Below, one piece after another: positions 18,531 to 28,149 of a DNA stretch of 40,765 nucleotides; position 1 is the stretch's first letter, and each line of letters begins with the position of its first letter. The stretch is taken from positions 1-40,765 of the IMG/VR virus record IMGVR_UViG_3300014208_000073; one strand, given 5' to 3'. The DNA is from a virus (lineage: Duplodnaviria > Caudoviricetes). The translations under genes were made by a program, and so were the position numbers. The notes under the pieces are model-generated. The model made no database searches, was not told where the DNA came from, and saw only the letters and a program-made list of their open reading frames with translations.

Positions 18531-18637
18531 CGATCTCCTCAAGCCCAGTGCGGACGAGTGATCACAAGAATGCTGACGCACTGATTGTGGGATCTGGTTC
18601 GGGCTGGCACTAATTAACTACATTTTCGGAGTAAGAC

Positions 18638-18880
18638 ATGAAAAAAGTCATCTTAGCATTTGCAGTATTGCTGTTGATAGTCGGCTGCTCAACACCTGAG
18701 TTGGACGACGGCTATCAGTTTGGCGACGTAACCCGCATTGCCATCCGAGAAGAAAAAGACATTAAGCAGGCCATTAATGATTACTGCGACAAAGCCGAAG
18801 ACTCAGCCATCAGGCAGGCGGCATTAGCGGTTATCCGGACGAAATACCCGTTTGTGCCAGAAAACGGAATCTGCGGCTAA
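18638..18880 (+). CDS. Small lipoprotein
   Basis: MKK + hydrophobic core + LIVG-C lipobox; GGAG RBS. Confidence 0.75.
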   Translation: MKKVILAFAVLLLIVGCSTPELDDGYQFGDVTRIAIREEKDIKQAINDYCDKAEDSAIRQAALAVIRTKYPFVPENGICG

Positions 18881-19384
18881 ATGGCAGGACTGACCGGCAA
18901 ACCGGCCTTAACCACAGAAGCCGCCGTTGCGAACGACGGATTCTGGCCCGATCTGACGCTGTCCGACCTGATGAGCAACTACCGCATCCCCTCCGAGTAT
19001 GCGGACGGCGTGATTAAAACTGGCTTAAGCATGGCGCTGATTAACGTCAACCTGAAACTGGCGAGCGTTAAAGCCAAAGTGGTGCTGGACGGTTATGCAA
19101 CGCTGGCGGCTTATACCACGGCGCACCCTGAAGCCTTAAACGGCAAGCAGGTGCTGGAAGAGCTTTATAAGCATGCGGTCTATACCCGCGCAAAGGCCGG
19201 TCTGCTGATGCAGTTTTCATCGATCAACCGCAGGCCTCAGGCAGAGAACCAGGCCAAAGAAGGCGACGATATGGAAACCTACTGGCTCGATGAAAGCCAG
19301 GTCTCCATCGCTGAATTTTTCCGGCGCTTTTTGCCGGCCGAGCCGGTGTTTAGCAATGCCAATACCCTGGCGGTGCTGCTATGA
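18881..19384 (+). CDS. Head completion/stabilization protein (gpL-like)
   Basis: NDGFWPD, YKHAVY.RAKA. Confidence 0.88.
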   Translation: MAGLTGKPALTTEAAVANDGFWPDLTLSDLMSNYRIPSEYADGVIKTGLSMALINVNLKLASVKAKVVLDGYATLAAYTTAHPEALNGKQVLEELYKHAVYTRAKAGLLMQFSSINRRPQAENQAKEGDDMETYWLDESQVSIAEFFRRFLPAEPVFSNANTLAVLL

Positions 19385-19848
19385 GGCAACTGGCCGAATT
19401 GACCACGCTGCTGATCAATCTGGATCTGGTTGCGGCCGAGAACATCGACAGCGTTGCCGATGAACCGAAGATTATACCGTCCGGCAAGGTTGTGACGCTG
19501 GACACCGGGCTGAATGCGCCTGGCATCGTGTTGTACCGGCAGACCTACACGGGCCTGTTTTTTATTGATGATTACCCGTTTAACGAGCATCCGGTTGAAG
19601 AGCTGTTCGGGCAAATCTGCGCCTATTTGCTGGAAAACGGCAATGGCACAGACGAGATACCGCAACCGAAAACCAGTGTGGATGTGCTGGACAACTGCAC
19701 CGCCAACATAGAAGTACAGATCGAATTCGAGCAGGACGTTTACGCGATCGAGGATGCCGTAGCCGGCACCATCACGATTAACGGTAAGAAGTACCGTGTC
19801 GCCGATCCTGAAATTGATTACGTGTTATCGGGTGACGTTGCGACATGA
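19381..19848 (+). CDS. Tail completion protein (gpR-like)
   Basis: Position and acidic composition; D.LD...A.IE..IEF. Confidence 0.75.
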   Translation: MRQLAELTTLLINLDLVAAENIDSVADEPKIIPSGKVVTLDTGLNAPGIVLYRQTYTGLFFIDDYPFNEHPVEELFGQICAYLLENGNGTDEIPQPKTSVDVLDNCTANIEVQIEFEQDVYAIEDAVAGTITINGKKYRVADPEIDYVLSGDVAT

Positions 19849-20612
19849 GCGCATTAATCAAGGTCGATGTCAGAGGATTGGCGGGTTTAAAAAAGCAATT
19901 CGAGATATTGACGATGCCGTCGGCTCAACGCAAAAAATTGTTGCGTTTGGTGGCTTACCGATTAAGAGGCGATTGTCAGCGCCGGGTAAGGAAAAGAATT
20001 GACCTTAATGGCAAACCTTTTCATCCGCACCCAGGCCACACTAAAAGAAAGCATACGTTTGATACGGTTGCCAAATATATAAGCGTTACTGATTTATCGG
20101 ACAAAACAGCCAACCTTGGCTGGAAAATTGATGGACGCAGCAAGCTTGCCTGGAAAATCCAGTTCGGCTCAGCGGAATATGTCGATGACAATGCGAAAAC
20201 GGTAGATACGGTCCGTTCTAAATTAAAAAAGCAACTGGACGAGGCTGATAAGCGCAAAAAAGAACCTGCGTGCTCGCTCGCGCAAGCTAGACAGCTGGTG
20301 GCTTACGGATACCGGCAAAATGGGGAAAATAAGCGCAAGCCTGCAACTGTCAGATGGTTACGCGGGCAGTTGAATGAGGCAGGCCGACGCGTTAATTATC
20401 ACATGACCTATCATAAAGCCTCACTCATTTTGGATGACATACGTAGACGCGGCTACAAGAAATCAAGGGCCGAATTAAGCACGGATGAAGACGGCAAAGT
20501 AAAAATCCCGGCCAGAAGCTTTCTGGGGGCAACGCAGCAAGAAATTGCTACTTATATGGACACCATATTCGAACAAATGGAACAGGAGCTAAAACGCAAT
20601 GGCATTAGGTAA
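19845..20612 (+). CDS. Virion morphogenesis protein (gpS-like)
   Basis: Basic protein with C-terminal IPARSFLG; position. Confidence 0.8.
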   Translation: MSALIKVDVRGLAGLKKQFEILTMPSAQRKKLLRLVAYRLRGDCQRRVRKRIDLNGKPFHPHPGHTKRKHTFDTVAKYISVTDLSDKTANLGWKIDGRSKLAWKIQFGSAEYVDDNAKTVDTVRSKLKKQLDEADKRKKEPACSLAQARQLVAYGYRQNGENKRKPATVRWLRGQLNEAGRRVNYHMTYHKASLILDDIRRRGYKKSRAELSTDEDGKVKIPARSFLGATQQEIATYMDTIFEQMEQELKRNGIR

Positions 20613-21729
20613 AATCACAGTCAACGCCCTTAATTTAAACCAGGGGCCGTTTCCGACCGTCGAGAAATATTTCTTATTTATCGGCGTTGGTGCAACCAAC
20701 CAAAACACCCTGCTGTTCCTGAACTCGGACAGCAATCTGGACACAGAGCTGGGCGTTGCGGATTCCGAAATCAAACGCCAGATCAAGGCCGCCAAAGCCA
20801 ACGCCGGACAAAACTGGGCCTGCTGCGCGATTCCTGTCGCCGACGGCACGCTGTGGTCGCCTGCCGTCGACCAGGCGATGAACAACAACGTCAAGGTCGA
20901 AGCTATCGTGATCTGCACACCGGTTGCGGCTCAAGCTGATTTAACTGCGATGCATACCAAGGCAGAAGAAATCAACACTACCTACGGGCGCAGGCTGTTC
21001 TTTATCGCTGCCGCCGCCGCGATCGACTCGACACCAGTAACCGGCCAAACCTGGTCGGCGTACATTACCGCGCTGACCGCGTTGACAGCGACTCTGGCCG
21101 CGATGCGCGTTTCAATTGTGCCTTACATTTACAACGACGCTGTCGGCATTTACGCCGGACGCTTGTGCAACTACCAAACCAGCGTGGCCGATACGCCGAT
21201 GCGGGTCAATACCGGCTCGATTATCGGGCAGGATCAATCGACCTTCCCGACTGACAAGGATGGCGTCATCTACAACAACGCCCATGCCAAAGCCCTTAAC
21301 GACCAGCGTTTCAGCGTACCGCAGTTCTACCCGGATTATGAGGGTGTGTACTGGACCGACGGGCAAACGCTGGATGCCGCTATCGGCGACTATACGGTCA
21401 TTGAAAACCTGCGCGTGGTCGATAAAGCGGCCCGCGCGGTGCGCCTGGTGCTGATCAGCCTGGTCGGCGACCGCCGTTTTAACTCTAGCCCGATCGGCAC
21501 AGCCTGGGCGATCATCCAGCTGATGCGGCCGTTGCGCGAGATGAGCCGGTCTTATGCTTTTCAAGGTATCCCGTTTCCGGCTGAACTCAAGTCACCGGTA
21601 GACGGCGATATTGCCATCCAATGGATTACCCGCACCCAGGTGCAGGTATTCATCAAGGCGCGGCCGTTTGAAATACCCAAAGACCTGACCGCCAACATCG
21701 TGCTGGATTTATCAGCGCCCGTTCAATAA
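20599..21729 (+). CDS. Tail sheath protein (HP1-type, DUF2586)
   Basis: MALG.I.VN.LN..QG, YPDYEG.YW.DG, VIENLRVVDKAAR. Confidence 0.9.
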   Translation: MALGKITVNALNLNQGPFPTVEKYFLFIGVGATNQNTLLFLNSDSNLDTELGVADSEIKRQIKAAKANAGQNWACCAIPVADGTLWSPAVDQAMNNNVKVEAIVICTPVAAQADLTAMHTKAEEINTTYGRRLFFIAAAAAIDSTPVTGQTWSAYITALTALTATLAAMRVSIVPYIYNDAVGIYAGRLCNYQTSVADTPMRVNTGSIIGQDQSTFPTDKDGVIYNNAHAKALNDQRFSVPQFYPDYEGVYWTDGQTLDAAIGDYTVIENLRVVDKAARAVRLVLISLVGDRRFNSSPIGTAWAIIQLMRPLREMSRSYAFQGIPFPAELKSPVDGDIAIQWITRTQVQVFIKARPFEIPKDLTANIVLDLSAPVQ

Positions 21730-21741
21730 GGATTAATAGCC

Positions 21742-22200
21742 ATGGCTAAAAAAGGCAATCATTTATCGGGGCAGGATTTCGACGTCATGCTCGGCGACGT
21801 GATGGTTCACGTTGAAAACCTGTCGGCAAGCATCAGCGACAACCGCAAGGCGGTGCAAACGCGCGGCGTCCCTGATGGCTACGTCAACGGCGATGTGGCC
21901 TGCACCGGCGACTTGGAGATCGACAGCGCCAACATGAAGCTGTTGATCGACTCGGCCAGGTCATCAGGAAGCTTCAGGCAGCTGCCGCCGTTCGACATCG
22001 TCTGCGTCGGCAAAACCATCGATCATGAACAAAAAATCGAACTGTTCGGCTGTTTGCTGGCAATCTCAGACCTGTTCAACCTGGACGGGAAAGGCGGCGA
22101 AAAGAACAAGCACAAAATCAAATTCGAGGTCACCAGCCCCGATTTTGTCCGTATCGACGGCGTGCCGTACCTCAGCGCCAATGACACCAGGGATCTGTAA
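21742..22200 (+). CDS. Tail tube protein (HP1-type, DUF2597)
   Basis: LSG.DFD, GVPDGYV.GDV, VTSPDFVRI.GVPYL. Confidence 0.9.
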   Translation: MAKKGNHLSGQDFDVMLGDVMVHVENLSASISDNRKAVQTRGVPDGYVNGDVACTGDLEIDSANMKLLIDSARSSGSFRQLPPFDIVCVGKTIDHEQKIELFGCLLAISDLFNLDGKGGEKNKHKIKFEVTSPDFVRIDGVPYLSANDTRDL

Positions 22201-22811
22201 TGGAAAAGATCACTATCACCCAGTTAAAGGACGCTCTCTCACGCAAGGATGCACCCATTTTTAAGGGCGAGCTAAACCTCACCCTGGTCGGTATACGCTC
22301 GAAAGATAGCGACGCCAACACCTTTAACGACCTGTTGTGCGTTCTGTATGAACAGGGCGGCAAGCTGCAAATGCAGACCTTCCCGATCACTACCGATCCT
22401 GGCCTGCATTACCGCGAGCACCCGATCAACGTGGACGGAACGGCGATTTTAAAACCGGGCCATTACAAGGGCTGCTGGCAGATCGGTGCGCACCAGGGCA
22501 AATACATCGCGCTGGTACAGCGCGGCCCAATGACCGTTTACCGGGACAGAAACAAGGACGCGCACCTGGACTTGGATCACGAGCAGACCGGTTATTTCGG
22601 CATCAACCTGCACCGCGCCGGCGCAAACGCCCACACCTTACGGACCGACAAGGTTTCAGCGGGATGCCAGGTGTTCGCCAACAGCGAAGACTTCGACACG
22701 GTTATGGAACTGGCGCAGTCGTCGGCGGCCAAATACGGCAACCGGTTCAGTTACACGCTACTGGATGAGGCGGATTTATGCTCAGAGACCAAAGCGGCGG
22801 CCCAGTCTTAA
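22200..22811 (+). CDS. Putative endolysin with YkuD/L,D-transpeptidase-like H...SxGC motif
   Basis: Lysis position after the tail tube; TTDPG, GINLHRA...SAGCQV. Confidence 0.6.
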   Translation: MEKITITQLKDALSRKDAPIFKGELNLTLVGIRSKDSDANTFNDLLCVLYEQGGKLQMQTFPITTDPGLHYREHPINVDGTAILKPGHYKGCWQIGAHQGKYIALVQRGPMTVYRDRNKDAHLDLDHEQTGYFGINLHRAGANAHTLRTDKVSAGCQVFANSEDFDTVMELAQSSAAKYGNRFSYTLLDEADLCSETKAAAQS

Positions 22812-23143
22812 TCAGCAGCCTGGGCTACAAAAACCTGCTGCCGGAAGAAAAGGCGGCAATTTGCAACGGCGCCGGCGCAGCGGGCAAATGGATCAGCTCG
22901 ATCATCCCTAACACCATGTACGGGCTGGACTGCACCGAGGCATTCAACATCCATGATTACGATTATGACGTGGGCGCAAGCCGGGACGACAAGATTCGCG
23001 CCGACCGCAACCTGCTGAACAATCTACTGACGCTGATTAACCACAAAGGCGGCTGGCTGATGCTGCCAAGGCAGTGGCGGGCGATGAAATATTACGAAGC
23101 CGTGCAGATGATGGGCGACGAGGCGTTTTATAAGGGCAAATAG
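22778..23143 (+). CDS. DUF1353/phospholipase A2-like protein
   Basis: CNGAG...AFNIHDYDY...K..AD motif; start uncertain. Confidence 0.55.
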   Translation: MLRDQSGGPVLISSLGYKNLLPEEKAAICNGAGAAGKWISSIIPNTMYGLDCTEAFNIHDYDYDVGASRDDKIRADRNLLNNLLTLINHKGGWLMLPRQWRAMKYYEAVQMMGDEAFYKGK

Positions 23144-23152
23144 GGAGTTGTT

Positions 23153-23368
23153 ATGCCGACCGTTGAATGCAATTTAAAGATACAACGAATTGAACTTGAA
23201 CAAGCTCAACATGCTAAAAAAATCGGTTTTTTGTTTAAAAAGCAGGCCGATACCGATAAAGCATTAAGCGCAATCAGGGATATTAAATACATCCTGATCG
23301 GCGGGTTTGGCTTTTACATGCTGGATAAAATCGGTTTTGTTGAAACAGTAATGAAATTTTTAGGCTGA
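23153..23368 (+). CDS. Small coiled-coil plus TM protein, putative holin/antiholin
   Basis: GGAG RBS; C-terminal hydrophobic segment; lysis position. Confidence 0.5.
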   Translation: MPTVECNLKIQRIELEQAQHAKKIGFLFKKQADTDKALSAIRDIKYILIGGFGFYMLDKIGFVETVMKFLG

Positions 23369-23380
23369 AAGGCCATAGGC

Positions 23381-23438
23381 GTAGGGTGCGCAGCGCGTAC
23401 CTTTCAAAACCGTAGAAGGTACGCGCCGCGTACCCTAC
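23381..23438. repeat. REPIN: inverted pair of GTAG-family REPs
   Basis: GTAGGGTGCGCAGCGCGTACC (23381-23401) and the inverted near-copy at 23418-23438. Confidence 0.75.
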
Positions 23439-23465
23439 ATTTTTTACATTGAGAGAGTAGATAAC

Positions 23466-23792
23466 ATGAGCAACGCACAAACAACTACAGTCACCATCGG
23501 CACAGACGACGTTCGCTTTAAGGTAGATACCGCAGATCTTAACAAATACATCAACAACAACCAGCCAGATAACAAGGTTGCGCCCGCTTACAATCTTCTG
23601 AATGACACCATTGTCGAAGCAGACAAGGAACTGTTCAAAAAAATAATCATGCGCGATGGGCTACCTAATGGCCCGATAGTTATGCAGATAGCTGGTGTGC
23701 TAATGCTGGATGCAGGCGCCGGAGTGGCTATTACCGTAAAAAAGTCTCAGAACTCGCCGACAGTATTGGCGAAAACGGCTACAGCCAGCTAA
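23466..23792 (+). CDS. Tail assembly chaperone
   Basis: NKYIN...NKVAPAYN.L motif; upstream of tape measure. Confidence 0.85.
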   Translation: MSNAQTTTVTIGTDDVRFKVDTADLNKYINNNQPDNKVAPAYNLLNDTIVEADKELFKKIIMRDGLPNGPIVMQIAGVLMLDAGAGVAITVKKSQNSPTVLAKTATAS

Positions 23793-23932
23793 TTGCATTA
23801 ACCAAACACTGGCTGCCAGGGCAGCCGATCGACGAACAAACCATGGCGGAAGCGCTATGGCTGGACACGCGGCACTGGGAAAGCACCACTGCCGCGATTG
23901 CCAACGGCATAGCAAAGGCGCTTAACGGATAA
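23738..23932 (+). CDS. -1 frameshift extension of the tail assembly chaperone
   Basis: Slippery A-AAA-AAG at 23738-23744; the -1 frame stays open (…HWLPG…AEALWLD…AIANGIAKALNG) to a TAA overlapping the tape measure ATG. Confidence 0.8.
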   Translation, partial: KKVSELADSIGENGYSQLIALTKHWLPGQPIDEQTMAEALWLDTRHWESTTAAIANGIAKALNG

Positions 23933-26040
23933 TGACTGCACTCAATAACCTGCTGTTTAAAGTGTCGCTGCTGGACGCCATGTCCGGCCCGGCCAAAAAC
24001 ATCATGTCCACGATGGACACGGTCACTACGCGCATCCAGGGCGGGTTTAATAAAATCGGCTACGGTGCGGCGGGGCTGGTTGGTGCTGCTTATTCTTTGG
24101 ACAGTATTTTGCAGCCGGCCAAGGACATGCAAGCGGCATTAGGGTCGGTTCATTCTTTGCTGTTAAGCAATGCCGATGGCGGCAAGCAGGTGCTGGATAA
24201 CTTAAACAGCACGGCACTGGCTTTCACGTCGCAATACGGCGGCAATGCCGCCGAGTTCGTCAGTTCGGCTTACGACATTCAAAGCGCCATTGCCAGTTTG
24301 TCAGGCAATGATCTGCCCGCCTTTACCAATGCCTCGGCGATTCTGGCTAAAGCCACTAAAGCGGACATGGGGGTAATCACCGGCTATGTCGGCCAAATGT
24401 ACCAAGTATTTCAACAAGACGCCGACGCGATGGGTAAGGCGAATTGGATCACTAAAATGGCCGGACAGACGGCTACGGCGGTCAATATATTCAAGGTCGA
24501 AGGCCAAGGCATGGCCGATGCTTTCGCCAACCTTGGCAAAAGCGCCCAAAGCTCAGGAATCCAGATGGACGAGCAGATGGCGATTCTCGGAACCTTGACC
24601 TCGTCGATGAAGGGCGGCGCCGAGGCCGGTACCGCTTACCGGTCGTTTTTGGACAAAGTGGATCGGGCGCAAAAGGGCTTGGGCTTGAGTTTTATGGATA
24701 GCCAAAACCACATGCTGCCGATGGCCGACATCCTGACCAAGATCAAAGGCAAGTACGGCGATCTGAGCGACATGACTAAGAAAAGCGTTGTCTCGAAAGC
24801 GTTCGGCGAGTCGCCGGAAGCGATGGGGCTGATTATGCGCTTGATCGGCAATATCGACGGCCTGAATGCGAGTATTGCCCAGGTCGGCGATAAATCCGGC
24901 TGGCAATCTGCTATCGACATGGCGAATGCGATGGTTATGCCGTGGGATAGAGCCGGTGCATCGGTCATGGCGCTGAAAACCATACTCGGCGACAAAATGC
25001 TGGTGGTGCTGGAGCCGCTGTACAACAAAATTTCCGAAGTCAGCCAGACTTTGATCCGGTGGAGCAATCTGTTCCCTAATATTACCCGATATGTCGGCTA
25101 CGCAACGTTTACTGTGATAGGCATTACCGCTGCGCTGGCGTCGCTGTCTGTCGTGGTTGGTGCGGGCATGTTGGTTTCAACCGGCTTCGGTCTCGCCTGG
25201 GCGACCATTGGTGTAATTTTAACCCCATTAGCGCCGTTGCTAACCGCGTTGCGCATGGCCTGGGTTGTCATGAAAATGGAGATGCTGGCAGGGACAGGCG
25301 TGTTTGCCGCATTAAAAATTGGTTTGGGCGCTTTTGCCACTCAATTATTGACGAATATTTCGGCGATATGGGCGTGGAATGTGGCGTTGTTTTCTAACCC
25401 CATCACCTGGATAGTATTGGGTATTGCAGCACTAATCGGAGTGATTGCCGCGGCGGTCATTTACTGGGATACCTGGACGCAAGCCGTAGTTGATTTTTCC
25501 GGGCGCTGGCTTGAGTTGATTGGCGTATTCGCGCTGGTTGACAGCGCCATTGCCGGATGGGATGTGCTTAAGGGCTGGTGGCAGTCGTTTAAGACATGGA
25601 TTAGCGCACTTAACCCGTTTGAGATCATCGGCAGCGGCGTTGACTGGCTGATTTCTAAAATAAACATGATACCGGGCATAAACATCGATACCAGCGGGGC
25701 TGCCAATCCCGCATTGGCTAAACTGGCGACGCCTACTGCAATTACCGGCCCGCAAACCGCCGCCCCGTCATTATCAGCTATGACTGCACAACCGCAATGG
25801 CTTAATCAGCCAGCGACTGGATTGCTAACGGACGGCTTTGCGGCGCCGCAATCGATCGCTGCGCCCGCCGCATTAACGCAAAGCCAATCGACCAATGTGC
25901 CGAAGGGCGGACTCATGAGCCAGATTACCAATGCGAATAACAGTAAGGTGATCCATGTCGGCGGAATCACTCAAAACAACTATGGTAAGCCGGGTTCCGG
26001 TCAACAGCTGGCGGACGAACTGCAAATGGCAGCAGGTTAA
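23932..26040 (+). CDS. Tail tape measure protein
   Basis: 702 aa, Ala/Gly-rich; SAYDIQSAI and GGAEAGT motifs; hydrophobic middle with NPITWIV. Confidence 0.93.
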   Translation: MTALNNLLFKVSLLDAMSGPAKNIMSTMDTVTTRIQGGFNKIGYGAAGLVGAAYSLDSILQPAKDMQAALGSVHSLLLSNADGGKQVLDNLNSTALAFTSQYGGNAAEFVSSAYDIQSAIASLSGNDLPAFTNASAILAKATKADMGVITGYVGQMYQVFQQDADAMGKANWITKMAGQTATAVNIFKVEGQGMADAFANLGKSAQSSGIQMDEQMAILGTLTSSMKGGAEAGTAYRSFLDKVDRAQKGLGLSFMDSQNHMLPMADILTKIKGKYGDLSDMTKKSVVSKAFGESPEAMGLIMRLIGNIDGLNASIAQVGDKSGWQSAIDMANAMVMPWDRAGASVMALKTILGDKMLVVLEPLYNKISEVSQTLIRWSNLFPNITRYVGYATFTVIGITAALASLSVVVGAGMLVSTGFGLAWATIGVILTPLAPLLTALRMAWVVMKMEMLAGTGVFAALKIGLGAFATQLLTNISAIWAWNVALFSNPITWIVLGIAALIGVIAAAVIYWDTWTQAVVDFSGRWLELIGVFALVDSAIAGWDVLKGWWQSFKTWISALNPFEIIGSGVDWLISKINMIPGINIDTSGAANPALAKLATPTAITGPQTAAPSLSAMTAQPQWLNQPATGLLTDGFAAPQSIAAPAALTQSQSTNVPKGGLMSQITNANNSKVIHVGGITQNNYGKPGSGQQLADELQMAAG

Positions 26041-26042
26041 GC

Positions 26043-26363
26043 ATGGACTACATCGACCTACGCATCACTGACAACGACCTGACGCTGGGGCCGGGCGATG
26101 AACCGGCGCTGCTCGGCGACCGCGACAGCATTATTCAGGACACCAAGCATTTAATCCGCGACTGCGGCTTGCTGTCGGCCTGCATCGGCGAGCGCGACAA
26201 CAATAAAGTGGCGCTGCTGATGCAGCAACTTGAACTAAAAATCGAGGACGACCTGCGCCTGGTGCCGGGTACGATCAAGATCACCCGGCAGAACACGGAA
26301 TTGTTTTTCATCACGGCCGACTCAGTTAAATTCGGCAAAATCGACCTGCAGGTTAGCGCATGA
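26043..26363 (+). CDS. Baseplate protein (DUF2590)
   Basis: YIDL.I.DND, I.QD.KH.I, EDD.RLVPGT. Confidence 0.85.
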   Translation: MDYIDLRITDNDLTLGPGDEPALLGDRDSIIQDTKHLIRDCGLLSACIGERDNNKVALLMQQLELKIEDDLRLVPGTIKITRQNTELFFITADSVKFGKIDLQVSA

Positions 26364-27538
26364 GCGACGTTGATTACACCAAGATTTTAAGCGACAGCGG
26401 TATACCGACCACGCAAGCAGAGCTTGAGGCGGCGTGGCAAGCCGAGGTGACCGCGCAAGGCAGCACTATCAGCAACGACAACGCTTATTCGCCGTTCTGG
26501 CGGGTGATGACGGCGCTGATTACCCTGCCGGTGATGTGGCTGATCAAGTTCATGGCAGAAACAGTGCTGCCCAATTCGTTCGTAAAATCGGCGACCGGAA
26601 TCTGGCTGGAGTTGCTGGCCTGGGCGGTTAACCTGACCCGCAAACTGGCGGGCAAGGCAAAAGGGCTGATTACATTTACCCGCGCCGACGTTAATGCGGC
26701 TTACACGATACCGGCCGGAACAGTGATCCAGACCGCGTCGATCAACGGCTTTATCTATGAAATGATTACTGATGCCGACACCGCGTTTGCAGCGGGACAG
26801 GCGACAGTCGCGGTCACCTGCACGGCGGCTGCAGTCGGCGATGCCTATAATCTTGCGGTTGGCTATTACAGTATTTTAAAAGAGCCGATTGCCGGTATCA
26901 CCAGTGTGACCAATGCCGATGGTTGGCTGACTGTGCCAGGTACGGAGATAGAAACCAACGACGACCTGCGCGACCGCGTGCGCAACCAGTTCGGCACCGC
27001 CAGCGACTTTCACACCGATAGCGTGTACCGGGCGCTGATCAGCGAGTTCCCCGGCGTGGCGATCGATGCGATTTGGTTCGAACACAACGCCCCGCGCGGC
27101 CCCGGCACCGCGAATGCTTTCGTATTGTTCGATTTTAACGCACCGGCGGCTCAATACCTGATCGACATCAACACCTACATCACCGACCAGGGTCACCACG
27201 GCCACGGCGACGACTTGCAGGTTTATGCGATGCCGGAGACAAATCACGCGCTGACTGCGAATGTTTGGCATGAGCCGTTTTTAACCGCCGCTCAGATTAC
27301 CCAGTTGCAGACGGATGTCGCCGTGTTTATCCGGGCGGCGTTCCGCGAGAACAAGGCCTACGCCCCTACACTGACCTACCCGCACAGCCGGTTTAGCTTC
27401 AGCAAGCTGGGGCAGGAATTGCACAAACAGTTTCCGGATATTCACAGCGTGGACTTTAACCTGGCCGACATCGTGTCGGTGCTGAATGTGCCGACGCTGT
27501 CAGCGCTGACCATTAACATGGCGGTGACTGAACAATGA
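26360..27538 (+). CDS. Baseplate J-like protein
   Basis: SPFWR, E.ND.LR.R.RNQF, APRGPGTANA, GHHGHGDD. Confidence 0.92.
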   Translation: MSDVDYTKILSDSGIPTTQAELEAAWQAEVTAQGSTISNDNAYSPFWRVMTALITLPVMWLIKFMAETVLPNSFVKSATGIWLELLAWAVNLTRKLAGKAKGLITFTRADVNAAYTIPAGTVIQTASINGFIYEMITDADTAFAAGQATVAVTCTAAAVGDAYNLAVGYYSILKEPIAGITSVTNADGWLTVPGTEIETNDDLRDRVRNQFGTASDFHTDSVYRALISEFPGVAIDAIWFEHNAPRGPGTANAFVLFDFNAPAAQYLIDINTYITDQGHHGHGDDLQVYAMPETNHALTANVWHEPFLTAAQITQLQTDVAVFIRAAFRENKAYAPTLTYPHSRFSFSKLGQELHKQFPDIHSVDFNLADIVSVLNVPTLSALTINMAVTEQ

Positions 27539-28140
27539 ACCCGATAAAACTGCCGTTTTGGCTGGAAGGCGTCGAGCTGGTCAAGCTGCGCGATGCGGCG
27601 ACGGCGTACTGGGCCAAGATCGAGGCATGGATTAAATGGCCGTTGACGCAGTTCGACGCACTCACCTGCTCGGAAGGCATTTTGAATCTGCTGGCTTATC
27701 AACGCGACATCCAGCGCTTTAAAGACGAGCCGCTGGATTTGTACCGTAAACGGGTCGGCTTTGCCTATGTCAACGCCGAAGACGCGGGCAGCAAGATCGG
27801 CTTTATCCGCATTTTTGAGCGCCTTGGCATCGGCTATCTGGAGATAGACGAACGGGTTGATCCGGTGGACTGGGATGTGGTGCTGCTGCGCCTGAGCGAC
27901 TCGCAGCTGTCGGCAAATATGGAGCTGCTGCAAAAGATTATCGAAAAATACGGCCGCACCTGCCGGCGCTACCAGCTGCTGGTGATTACGCTGATTACCG
28001 TTGCTATCGACGTGCGTGATACCGGGCATACCTGGTGGTTTGATACCGCCATACAAACACCGGAGCCGTGGCAGGCTGATGCAACCATTGACAACCGATC
28101 AACCGGCAACAGCTGGGATCTGGCAATCGCTAAACTATAA
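27535..28140 (+). CDS. Baseplate/tail protein (gpI-like)
   Basis: LLAYQRDI.RF..EP..LYRKRV, YGRTCRRY. Confidence 0.88.
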   Translation: MNPIKLPFWLEGVELVKLRDAATAYWAKIEAWIKWPLTQFDALTCSEGILNLLAYQRDIQRFKDEPLDLYRKRVGFAYVNAEDAGSKIGFIRIFERLGIGYLEIDERVDPVDWDVVLLRLSDSQLSANMELLQKIIEKYGRTCRRYQLLVITLITVAIDVRDTGHTWWFDTAIQTPEPWQADATIDNRSTGNSWDLAIAKL

Positions 28141-28149
28141 GGAGAGAAC

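Noticed and set aside
18531-18637. Possible hammerhead ribozyme in the M-L spacer
   Set aside because: Core CUGANGA and GAAA elements are absent
22172-22390. Minus-strand ORF with TRVRFSSPL, resembling a translated tRNA/tmRNA end
   Set aside because: Lies inside the putative endolysin gene; no T-arm or acceptor stem can be formed
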